A DNA stretch of 64,000 bases from Bugula neritina (taxonomy: Eukaryota; Animalia; Bryozoa): assembly GCA_964035545.1 (NCBI GenBank), contig OZ037765.1, positions 23,063,504 through 23,127,503 of the forward strand, read 5' to 3'. This document shows positions 14,024 through 27,400 of this stretch, piece after piece (positions within the stretch are counted from its first letter, which is position 1; every line of letters starts with the position of its first letter). The translations under genes were made by a program, and so were the position numbers. The notes under the pieces were generated by a model, which made no database searches, was not told where the DNA came from, and saw only the letters and a program-made list of their open reading frames with translations.

Positions 14024-15408
14024 GTTTGAAATCCTTTACCTTGTGCCAGGTCATAATGAAATTATTTATGCATAACACAAAGATATCAAATTTTTGGTTT
14101 AATTATTTTACTGGTCAATCAACTAATATATCTTTTCATAATATTATACCCACAGTTAGAAAAACGGATTTTTATCCAGCGTTGAGTGATCGACATAACT
14201 TTGCAGATATTTTACATTTTTCACCATTTATATAGCAATGTGCCATAGCAGTTTACAAAAAACTTTTTAAAAGTTATGTGTGTCCGGGTGCATTTGTATT
14301 CCATGATTTTTAATCTGGTTAGAAATGTAGCAAAGCAGAGTGTTCAATGTTACAACACTATTGGTGGTAGAGCTAATTAGAAAGTGTAGACTGTAGATTG
14401 TGAATCATATATTTTGCACTGCTGAATAGTTTCATATGTACACATAAATTATCAGCTTTTGAGAATATGAAGCACACTGCTATGTATTGCTTGTGGTAAA
14501 TTGCCAACAAATTACTACTTGTAAGATAAAATTGAAAACATTATTAATTGAGTATTTACATAAATTATAGTATGTTACCAAAACATACCTAAACTAAATT
14601 CTTATCACAAAAAACCAGCCTGCTTTAATTTAAAATGTTTGAGCTGCTCTCTCAATATAGATGATGAATTATTTTTCCTGAACAAATCTCTTACTTTACA
14701 GTTCTCCCTAGCTATTAGAGAATATTTACTACTATTTCGTGCAAATTTTTTTCAGACTTTAAATTATGACTTAAAATTAATTGGAAATGTGCACATGTGT
14801 AAGTTGGTTCAAGCTAAGAAAATTATATTAGTACTAAATCAGTATTAATTATTTTTATAATACATAGACGTAGCCTGATATTGTATAAATACACTATATA
14901 ATGACTATAGCAGTGCAGTCGAAAAAATTATTTTAGGTAAAATAAGTATTGAAACATCTGATAAACTGACATACATGCATACCTAGTGTGATGCAGCCAA
15001 ATATAAATTTAAAACAAATGATATTGGAGAACACAAACATAAATAAAATTTTATATTATTACAAAAGTTTCTTTATTTGTTAGCAATATATTGTATTTTA
15101 GAAAAATGGATTAATTGTTAAATTCAACTAGTTTTAGCACCAAATGTTTCAACTTAATTGAATGAAAAAATATATTAGAAAATATATTGAGAAATAGGAG
15201 TCATATAAAAATAATAACTAATAAGAAGCTTAATTACCAAATACAGATATGTTGATTGGGACTGAAGACTATTCTCCTGAGCATATTTTTTAAAAAGCAA
15301 ATTATTTTATCAAATTTTGGAAAATTTTAAAGCCTGTTAGTATATAATGATAAGTTTAGAAATCAAAGTATAATTTAATTGAGTAGAACTGAAGATTAGT
15401 CAGTCAGT

Positions 15409-18400
15409 TTACTTGTAGTTTGCATATAAATCAAATTCCTGAAGATAGGTGTGCAGCATCTCGTATATGAACTTGTACTGTTGCTACAATAAAAATGGCA
15501 TTTTAGAATCAACTAGTAAAAGGGCAGGAATAGGAAAACCTCACAGGTAAAAAATATACATGTAAACTCTCCTCTAGCTCACCAATAAAAAATATTTCGC
15601 ATAAAAATGAAACTTGAAAATAATATAATTCTATTCTAAAGTTCATTATTTTCATGTAGGAATGTACGGCAGACGGCTGCATAAAAGCCATCAAACAAAA
15701 CCTGCTTATTTTGAGTACTTCATAATTGCTTTTGACTAGAAGTTTCTGCACAGCACCTTAGCCACATCTTACCACTACACTTTCTGTTATATAGAGGTTT
15801 TTCCAACACAAAAACGTTTAATTTGCATGCTTTTTGGCGTGTGGCAATTTTTCCATCAAAAGTAAGCTGGAAAGTTAGTAATTTCAACCAACATACTCGT
15901 AGTATTGTGTAGGGTTTAAAAACATACTTCAAACATCGGAAAATACAAATATCATTAAACCACGCAGAATTCAAAACACTTTTGCCCTCTGGTAATATAG
16001 AAATACTTCAACAATGCACATATTTTTCTGGTAGCTTCAGTAAATCTCAAACCTTCTGATGACACAAAAAATTATGGCTGGCAAAATACTTTTGAGAAAA
16101 TGACAATTGTAAAATATCCAAACTGGTGAGTATTTACTTTTCAACACAAAACAAAGTAAATAGGCTATAATTATAATGAAATAGTGACTTTAAAAAGTTC
16201 AGCAATATTACAGCAATAACAATGGAAACTCAGAAACTACTACTACTTAGATATATGACACCTCCAGTGCCAGCAGCTAATGCTGTTGATTATATACAGA
16301 AATTTGACCATCAAAAGTTAACAAAAAGTTACAAAAGTTATATAGCTCCATACAGCAGAATTATCAAACTGACAAGTAGTCCATTAGACTATACTATTAC
16401 AGTCTGAGCAGCTAACTTACTGTGTCTGTGACTGCCTGCGGTCTTATCATTCTAATGAGTTCTACAGTATGATACACATCAACCTCTTGCTCTGTTTTCA
16501 GTCTGTCTAATGCATTATACAGTGAGAGAAACAACCCAGTTCTCTCATTTCCATCTCTAAATATAAAAAAAATTTCAAAATATATATTATATATACACAT
16601 ACATATGTAATACATAATATGAGAACTTTATTAATAAAACTTAAAGATAGAGTATATTTGAAACATACTCCATCATATTTGAAATAATATATTCCAACAT
16701 TAAATTGGTTGTTACTGACATCATATAAAACTGGTTTCTGCATTTTAACATATGTATACACAAACATAATTGGAACTGAAACACTTTCATTGCGTGCACA
16801 TATGCGTGTACACAGTGTACCTGCACTGAACGCAGATCTTGCTGTCTCCAGCAGCCTGTTGGGGGCATTTCTCAACCTGTTCCAGGAGCGTAAAGATCAA
16901 ATCTTCATTCTGAGGTAACCTGTGATCCTGATGCCAGAAGTTGGCTTGAATATGCCGAAAGTTCCAAGTAGAATCCGTCTACAATACAGTGTCAACATCC
17001 TGATTCCATCATCACTGCTGGCAGATTTTAAAATTTGCTTTTTTATGCAGAGGTATGATTAAAACAATCAAGAGCTATCTTTAAAAAAGTCATCATTAGT
17101 AAGCTGTGATATATCCAGAACAAAAGTGATAAAGCTAATTGAAACTCATTACAAATCCAAAAGAACTTTGAGCATTTAATACTTGGCTTTACTGAATATA
17201 ATGAATAGGACTGGTAGGTGGTGTTACTGGCATAAAACAAATTCATGTTCAGTTGTCACCGCTATTTGCTATTGCTATGACATATTATATGCATACCCTG
17301 GCTTGTTTATATGTTAGCGAGACGTCAGAAGTTACAATATCAGCCCTCGAGTCGTTTATTTTTGTAACTCTAACTGTAAAGAGATTTGTCTCGTGGGGAG
17401 TGTCCATTGCATCGGGGAGATAACTACCAAACTTCTATAAAATAATATATAATAAAATAAAATGTGATGTAATAAATGCAACTAAATCTTACTGGATAAT
17501 GACTATGAAACATAAAATAAATGAAATACTTTGAATTGAAAATTTGCACAGTTTTAGGCTGAATTACACACAAATTTGTCAACTTTAAAAACTGAGATAG
17601 CTGCATGCAGAGTTCATAGTCTGGAGATAATAGAGGAAGGGGGATGGAAAGGGTAACATTTATATTAACATCTAAGATACCATGAGGCTACGGGTTTCTC
17701 AGTCTTACAAATTAAGATTCTGGAGAAGTACAACATACTGCCCTTCCGTGTGAGCCAATTTTTTCATTTGGTGCTCTAATTTCGAGCAACAACCAGCTAC
17801 TAACCCTTTTATAATACAAGATGGGTGGATGACTCAAGACGATAGAAATACTATTGGAAAACTTCTTCAATTTAAGGAAACAATAACACAGTGAATTGCA
17901 GTAGCTTACAAATAGTGGTGTGTTCAAGCATTGCTCCAATAACCATGAAATTGAGAGAAAGTTAAGTGTTACTGTGAGAAACAAATTATCTATATATAAG
18001 TGTAGCCACAACAACGAATACAGTATATAATTTACCATACTATTACTACATCATGTCTCCCATCATTAGACTCTACATTAAAATGTGTAAATCTATTATG
18101 AAAAACTAAAACAGAACAGCATTTTTATTATAATTCTTAAAAAAATTCACCACAAAAATGAGGTTTAACTCACTACCTCATTTGTTTTGTTCTGTGGTTC
18201 TAACGACACAACAGTTGTAACTTGTTGATCAAATATCAGCCGGAGATAGTCATCGACAGTGTGTGGTAACGGCATCTGTGTGGCTATGAACAGATCCTTC
18301 TTTCTGTATGACTGGATAAAGGCAGTAGAATGAGTGTAATAGAGTGAGTAGTAAAATTAACAGAAGAGTATGAATATATGGTAATATTTATATCATAAAA

Positions 18401-21400
18401 TAAATTCATGATAATTTGCAAATTTGCAACAGTCTATAAAAAATAATATATTGAAGAAAAAACGGAGCTGGATTGGAAATTAGGAACAACACAATTATAA
18501 GAATCAAAATAATTTCACTCTGAACTAGCAAAAAGAAATACTTAGAATAACTAACGTTGATGAAAACAGCATTAACATATGTGGAGTATCCAGGAGGCTG
18601 GGATATGATGTAGGCTCTGTGCTGATCATCTGTAAGAGAGTACAATAGAAAGTGGGTCATGTGCGATTATGAAGCAACTTTTACAAAACCAAAACTTATT
18701 CAACTTTTGACTAAAAACAACAATAGAATATGTGACAATGAAAAAATAAACTGAAACGTGAGTTAGTAATATATTGTAGTGATTACGTGGCAAGATATCC
18801 GGGTTCTGATTTTTAGACTTATTCTCCTTTTCATTGCCAACCTCAAAGTCAAATGATTCAACTTGTGCGGAGATCTCCGCCAGTGCCTGGAATAAAGCAA
18901 AATAAATTAGAATATTTCTATGCTTTAAACTTGGTTTCTCTTTAACTACATAATGCTAAAGCATATTAAAACACAGATTAACAGCACTAAATCTAGCAAA
19001 TACAGGAATCTTCTGGCCTCATCATATTTTTTAAAAGACACTCAGGCGATGAGACTATTTATAACGTTATATACTATAAATCAAGACTTGCTTCTACGTA
19101 GATGCATCCTCAGTCAAATAGTGCTACGGCACTCAAATGCTGTACAAGTGAATACAGAGTATCTCCATCTGAAATACCTCAAATTGCTGTTCAATAATTT
19201 CTTCAGAATTCCACTCCAAGTAGCTGCCCTGGAACTGTGGCGCAGAGTAATAGAACTCCTTGGTTTCCAAGGCCTCACAAACCGCCTGGTATATGTAGTG
19301 GTACTGATCCTGGCACAATGCCAAACACAATATTACATAACATACCAGAACATATAGACTGATTCTGAAGCAGCAGCATAGACAAATACTGTTTGTCTAA
19401 AGGCACAAAATCATTAGATAATTTTGGAATATAAAAATCTATTTTCTGAGTGTTTAAAACAGTGTCATTAGGAAAACAAATAACTATATTATCTGAACTG
19501 TAAAACAAGGAAAACAAATAATGGCGAAGCAAGCCTGGAAATTACTTGAATAAAAAATAAAATTTCAGTACATAACTTTCAACTTACTATAGTCTGGACC
19601 ATGGAAACTCTCTGATTTCTCATACTTTGCACCAATTGGAAGACATTAATCTGCTTTTCTGTCTCGGCTTGATCCAGCAGATAATCTATAGCTATGAACG
19701 TACCAGTTCTACCAACTCCAGCACTGAGTTGGTAAATTAACATATTATATGACAAAACAACATATCATGGTGTAACAAAGCGATGAGACGGCTGCACTTT
19801 GGCTGGTTTATGGAAAAAAGAAAAAAATATAATTACAAAAGTTGACAAAAATAAATCTGTTAATTTTTCATTGTTTCATTGGCCCATTTGATTCCATATT
19901 GCAGTGACTGGAGCATAACGATACCTAGTAACATTTATGACAGATCAGCAAGGACAATGTAATCATGTGCAGCTTGTAAGTGAATGAACGCATGGCCTTA
20001 GTAATCCAATGATAAGATAACAACAGAAGAAGATTGGTGATAATTATGGCTTCATAAAACATACATTAGTAACAGAGTAAACAATGGGCATATCTTTATT
20101 AACATTGACTTTCATAACACCTAAACCTATACTGCGTCACTTCTACTCCCCAGTACTATTTGACAAAGCAACTTTTACCTTTACTTAATTTGTTTGCTTT
20201 ATTTATTTCATAAACAGGTTTTAGTAAGAAAATAGATAATATAACTTGTCACCTAAAAGCAGGTAATGATGGGGCTCATTTATTTGCCAGTAGTAAAATT
20301 ATGTAGTTCAGGCCCTAAACGGTGAGCAACTGATCAGTTAATTCTAATCTCCCGGTCAAAACGGCTACACCTTACACCCGCCATGAATGCTCTGGGATAA
20401 GACAGATTTTTGACATCAGGTTTTAATCTATTCCATGTGTGCAAAAAGGCAGCTCAGAGTTGGGGGTGACTGAGTGCAATAGTTTGGGGTTCACGAGTTT
20501 GGAGTTGGGGTTCTAAGTTCCAAGTTATACCCCCAACTCCAATGTGCATAAAAAGGTATGTAAATAATAAAAGCATCGTATAAACACTAACCTAAGGTGT
20601 GTAAGTGTAATGTATAGTACAATACTTGCCTGCAGTGTATAACTAGGGGGGAGCTGAGACTACTACTGAACGACTTTACTTTCCGTCTAAATAACAGGAA
20701 GGGTGTGGAGTTTCTCGGCACTCCGTGATCTGGCCAGGAGAGGAAGAAGAAGTGATGGCAAATTAAAGGTTTGGAGTCGCCTTCCTACAACACATGTTAC
20801 TGGATATTGAAATGGTATGAATAAAAATGATCTAAAAATCCTCAATAGACAATAAAATTTCAAGAAATGCATCTACATTCTGAAGTATTATTTATTATCA
20901 TTTGAACTTGAACAACTAACTTTACTAATACTGAAAGTGTGTGTTGTAAAGTCAGCCCAACTTTCACTGCTTGTACAGCTTATTTCTAGATCTCCATGTT
21001 TTTCTGTTTCTCTGTTATCAGGCCAGTACTTTTCACATTTGATCTGTAATAATTATGCAGGTTGGAGAAGATTTCGTAATTTCTTGTGAGAGCACAATAT
21101 GCTGTTCCCAGGTAAAAGCAGACACATGTATAAGTATATAGCACGAAAGAGTGAGTATTGAGTATTGTAAAGAGTTTATAGCACTGAATATATACATTAG
21201 CAGGTATAAAGTAGCCAGCATAGAGTAATAGGTGTAGCATAATGGTGGAGAGTATAACATACCTTGCCTTCCTCCACACACTTGGTTACCATGACGATAC
21301 AAGTACTCCTTAGCTCGTAAATCATTCTCCAAAAGTCAGCAACAGTGTTTGGTTTGGGGCCACATGCTGCTATGTATTGCATATTTTTATTGAAACCCTA

Positions 21401-24400
21401 AAAATACCGACATCGTGCTATCAGTGTACAATCTATCAACTGCAGACAAAGCTATGTACTTTCTCCCAATTACACAATAGACAGATGGTCATTCAAACAT
21501 TTACATGCATTTAACAGAACTTAATTAGAATAAATAAAAGCAGTAAATTGATAGCTAGTTCTAGCTATTTATATTATTATTTAAAAATGAACAAGAAAAC
21601 AAAATAAAAAATATTGTCATATAATTAAAGTTCAATTAAATTTGTTTAATAACATTGAAATTATATGTTACAGCCCAAATAACTTTTAAGTAATTTTCAC
21701 TAACAATTAAATTAAATTAGGATGATTGGAAAACTTGCTATAAATCTTAAAAATCAGATTAAGAAACAAGGAAATTTGACTTGCTAAAATCTCAAAGCCA
21801 TGTTGAAGTCAAACCAATTAGTTTAACAATCATAACAGTTTCAAGTACTAGAGCTGGTAAGACCCAGCTTCAACGTTGAATCTTCTAACACCCAAAACTA
21901 TTCACATTGCTCCAAAGTTTGGGAATTGCCAACTCTAGCCAGTAGTATTTTACAGGCCATAAAATATTATACTGTTATGCTCTACTATACATAAATACAA
22001 AATACCCAAAAAGGTGTTATTTAGGCATTATTCAATTTGATTACATAAATAATACTTTTTATCATAATGGTTAGTTCTATGGTGCAAAATTTCAAGCTGT
22101 CTAATGATATTAGAAAGCTGTAAGAGGCAGAAAACCTTCAACTAGTCAATTACTCCAGAAAAAAATACAAGTTGACTTCTTACATCTACGTAGCTGGCAT
22201 TAATGTAATCAGAATGAGGAACACCGGGCAGCTCCGGGAGGATAACTCTTGATTTGTCATAAGGAAGAATATTAGCGAATCTGTTTTTCTCGTTGTTGAC
22301 ACCTTCAATGGCCTCTGTGTATGGAGCCAAGAACCCGGCAGGTAGAGCCTAAAATATTTTATTTACATCAAATGTGAGCATCGAAGCAACAACCATACAT
22401 GAGAATACATCTTAAGCACAGAAATCAATACATGCAAAACAAGAAAACTTAGCACTAAAAATTGATACGATGTGATCATCTTGAAGACAAACAATAAAGA
22501 GCTTTACAAAAACAAGCCAAGTCAACACTAAATTGAGTATCTGCTAAATTAAACTCAGTTATAAAGAAAAGTATGTTAAATAGCAGCCTAAGGGATGCAC
22601 TTTACACAGCTATTGTTTAGAATGTGGTAGAACTTACCCTGTACTGTTGAGAAATAGCATCTTGGTTAGCAATGATATAAGACTTGAGGTAGTTCACTGG
22701 GATTGGCTCCAGGTCCAGTGAAGGTTCCTCCCCATTATCAGAGGTGGAACGCTTGTGGTTTATAGCCCCTACAATGTGTGAACAAACAAAGCTAATATAA
22801 GAAACTCTAACTACTCAGCCCTGCTTTAAAATAAGAAACACTGTTTGAAAATAAAACGTAGTATTATCTTAGAGTGTAGAGAGTTTTAATACAATGCAAC
22901 ACGTTAACCAGTCGTTGGAATGTCTTGACCGAATTTGTTTTCATTTGCGTCATGGTAAGAGGTACAGTCCTTAGCTTAAAAACTCTTTACCACTAGGGGT
23001 CCTCACAGGGATACAGACGTTAAAAATACCTGAGGGTAAGGATTAATTATATAAATTTTACAAAATGATCAAAAAGAGAATAAAGCATTGAGAAATCATT
23101 GCAAAATCAGCCCAAGATCTGGTAATAGATAAAAATGCGCCATCTGATGTAATTAATATACTTACGTCTTCGTTTCAATGGTATAAGTTCTGCTCTTAAA
23201 GTGGGTTGGCGTGTGAAACCACCTCGTTTCCTCCGTATCCTACCCAATACATATACAAAATCATTTGTTGACAAAATCAACTGAATCAAGATTTAAGCAT
23301 CACACCCACAAAAAGCCTGCAATTTAAAGCACTCATCTATGTTGGCATTTTTCTTTGAAATATGAAAATACACGCAGAAAGACGCTTCTATAAAAAACAC
23401 ACATTAAAAATTCTAGCTTATTATGTGGCAGAGTGAAGAATGTGAATTATTAATATACATGTTTTGCTAGTTGCTCAACATGCTACATAGAGAAGGTTCA
23501 TTCACTCTTATGACTACATAATTCCCAGATATGAGTCATTGGACTAGCTGCTGCCATTGCATAAAGCCAGAGATTTGGTTTGCTAAAGAATAAACCCAGC
23601 TATGTCCACATATATATGTGAATGTCATAATGTCATTCAGAATATCACTGTGTAGTACATATTACTCTCTTAATTACTACCAAGCTAAGCAGTTACTTTT
23701 ACCAACTTAATAACTTACTACTGAGCAGTAGCACCAAAGGTAAAACATAAATGAGCTATTTAAAACATACAACGTGTTGCTAAAGACACTCAAAGACATA
23801 CAAATATGTGTACATTCCAGCCATGCATACAATATAAAGCCCAGGTGAACAAATACACCAATTAAAATCCATTGTGGCAAAAAATATCTTTAATTTGGGT
23901 GCTAAAAATCTTTTAACACATAAACTACTTACACCAATAATTAGAATATATTGTTTGTACATTCTTTTCAGCTGTCTATACAAAAATAAAACACAAAACT
24001 CAGCTTGCTGACACTTCACAGCAGCATGCATCACCATGTGACAGAATAGAACACAACTTCTGTCCTTTAACACTCTTTGTATTATTAGAAAGATCCATGG
24101 ACTTCAACCAGGATAATACACTGCATGCTATAAATTATACCTTATGTTGTAAGGAGATACGTTAATCTTTTTATAATACCAGAAAAATTGATGTTTGATG
24201 TAAGCTAAGCTTGCAAATATAGTGAGTCCCAGTATTTCTAGAGATACTAAATGTGTTACTGGTAGAAAACCTTCCACCAAAAATCACTGCCTAACTGTCA
24301 ATTCATCAATATCAAACTCTAAAAGCTGAAACCTAAAGCTAATCTATGATTCAACAAAATATACTGTGAATGAAAAATACTGTGTAAAAGAATTGAGAAA

Positions 24401-27400
24401 AATAATAAATTCAAATATTGTTATTGTGAAGTAAAATTTGATGCAACAAAAACAAAAAATAGCAGCGGCACAAACGCTAGTATTTCTATAGTATTCTAAC
24501 TTGACTTACAAGACAAGTATGATGGTAACCACTGTGAATATGACCATGGTGATGACAGACGATACAACAGCCACTACAATATGTCGCTGAATCACACCTT
24601 CTCCTCTTTTCACTGCAATATAGAAAAAATTAACAAACTTCTATAGTATAAATCAATTATTTGTAGAAAATATGTTATATAGACTCCAAAATAAACTGAG
24701 AGGACACTAGCAAAAAACAACCATACATCTGTAAATATTGATGATGAATTTGAACAAAATCTCGCTAGTCCAACTTTGCTAAGATAGAGATATTACATGC
24801 TCATCTGTTATTCTGAACTCAACAATGCCTACAGTCAAAATAAATATGTCCGAACACCATATAAAACAATTTTTTAGATGCTGAAAAAGATGTTAGGCGT
24901 GAATTCTGATCAAAAATAGGTGAAACAGAAGCTTCAAAGCTAAAAATATTATATGGCAGAAAAAGTTGTGTTGAGCCTGATAAAATATTTCACTTTGATT
25001 TTAATCAGCATCATAACCACTCTCATGGTAAAAACTAGACTGTGGGTAAAATAGCTACGAATATATCAATCTGTATATTTTCAAGCATAATTAGTTAATT
25101 CTAGTTTCTTTTTACTTCAATCACAATAAATACAACTTTAGACTAAATACGGAAAAAGTTATAGAATTTTGTAAAGTTATAAAATGAATGTTATGTACCT
25201 GTGAATGGTGTCGGAGAATGAATAAAGGTTTCTTTGGTTATCTAAAATATTACAATACATTTTAAAAACAACCAGCAACAAAAGTAGATGCATGACAACA
25301 GTTGGCTTATTACTAACATGTACAACAGGCTCTATGAGTATTGATATGTGAAAATCAGCTATTAGTAACTGAAACTATAAACACATTATAAAGCAAGCTT
25401 GACTATCCCGTGCCTTTCTAAGAGCTATAGCAAATTATCATAACCCTACAAATGCAATATTTGATATTAGCCTGGTATCAGTCTTTCTAAATAACTCAAA
25501 AAACATATATCTATCCAATAAAAGTTGAATATCAACATTTAGGAGTGGATGGTATCTGAAAATGGAGGGATCGTGCTAACCTGCCCCCTTGTAACCTGCA
25601 CACCATAGTAGACTGTGTACTGCTGTCCTTTTTCGAGGGGTACGTTATGAAATCCGTTGTAAATCTTGTCATCACCGACAACAAAATCTTGGTTTACATG
25701 ATCAGCAGTTAACTTTGCGGTAATATACTTTAAATCAGGAGCTTCTGGGTTGTACTCCCCAAAGTCACCTGATGTCAAAGTTTCTGTATCTAGGACAGCT
25801 GTCTCGTTTGATCCACTGTACTTTTCAATTCCCACAAAGTACGCACTGCAATACCATATACAATAAATGCACATTTTCTAACATTTGTTAAAATTATTAG
25901 AAGCACTAAACTTGCCTAAACAAAAAAATAGACAATATGCGAGTGGCAGTTTACCGAGTCAACCTATGGAATTTTATGCCGAGGGGATCAATAAGATGGC
26001 AGGAATGTGTTGATTTAGATCTGGATATCATGTTGGAAAATAGAAAAATGAAGTTTTTAACTTGACTACAACTTGATTTATGGCAAAAGTATCTTTACTT
26101 TTCGAATCGCCCTCGTATAACATTCAACATCTGCACAATTTATTACAACGCAATAACAAAGTGATTAGCAAATTATGATGCCTCTATATACCTGACAGGT
26201 CTGTCCATCTGGTCAGCTGCTGGCAGAAACATTGTCACAGTTGTAGCAGTGAACTTGTCTGGAAATATTTCCGGCTGTTGCAAAGCTTGGGGCTCTACAA
26301 TAAAAAGCACACAAGAATAAAACAGGGCAGTAAACAAGAAACAGTATGGCTGTACGCAAAGGGGACACAGTTTCTATTCCCATCCTGTTGTTGACAGTTG
26401 AAGTAAATATTTGGTGAATATTATCTAAATACAAGCCTATTACTCATCGACTTGGCAAACTTCTGTATTAAAAAAGTATGGTTGGAAAACAAAAAGGAGC
26501 TGCCGTGGTCTAGGGGTTAGAGAGTTTGCTTAGTAAACACAAAGTCATGGGTTCAAACCCAACAAAGGCCATGGGTGAAGAGCATATAGTCCCAATTGCT
26601 CCTGTGCCCCATCGGAATAAGTCCATAGTCCGATTTAACAAAAAAGACCCTTTCCATTAGTGGTTTCTCACAGGGATGGCAACTATAAACTTGCATGAGT
26701 TTGGAAGATAAAGATTGATCATCATAAACTATCGAGACAGGCAACCTACTGTTGGGAAAAGTCCAGATAAGCTTGCTAGGTGAAGTGTGAGAGCCAGCAT
26801 AATTTCTAGCAGCAATAGAGCAGTCATACTGGGAGCCGGGAAACAGGCCGCACATTACAGTGTGCAGTGGTCTGCTATCGTCTTCCACCATCTTGTATGT
26901 CATTCTGTGAAATGCAACTGAGACTCTTCCATAAACTTTTACTGCTCTACATACTGCCTGCAAGACAAAACATGCAACTACAGTATTCTCTCTCTTTAGC
27001 TTCTCTTCTCTCTATTCCTTCTAATTAGCAAAAACCTTTACTATCTTGAAATTTCATGAAAATAAATGAAGCAGTGGCTGAAATCAACTTATTGGTAAAA
27101 AAAATGCATATTGTACTAGCTACACTACGAATTTTTATAGAAATAGTAGATTTTCTATTGAAGACTAATAGGGAAGCCTATAGCTAGCATGTAAAACCCA
27201 CTAAATACTATATAGAATTATATATAAAATGAGACGATGTAACAAGTGCTTCTTCCTGTTGATTTGTCACGGAAGGACTTGGAGTCTGACTGGGTGTACA
27301 TTAAAAAAATGTAATGTTAAATTAAGTATTCAAGCTTCATTAATTTTAGAATTCTTGCAGCTCACAACATTTAAATAGTAAAGAAATAGATTATATTAAA

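Noticed and set aside
26496-26570. tRNA gene
   Set aside because: Has A and B boxes but no acceptor stem, and continues into a shared repeat body, so it is a SINE head.
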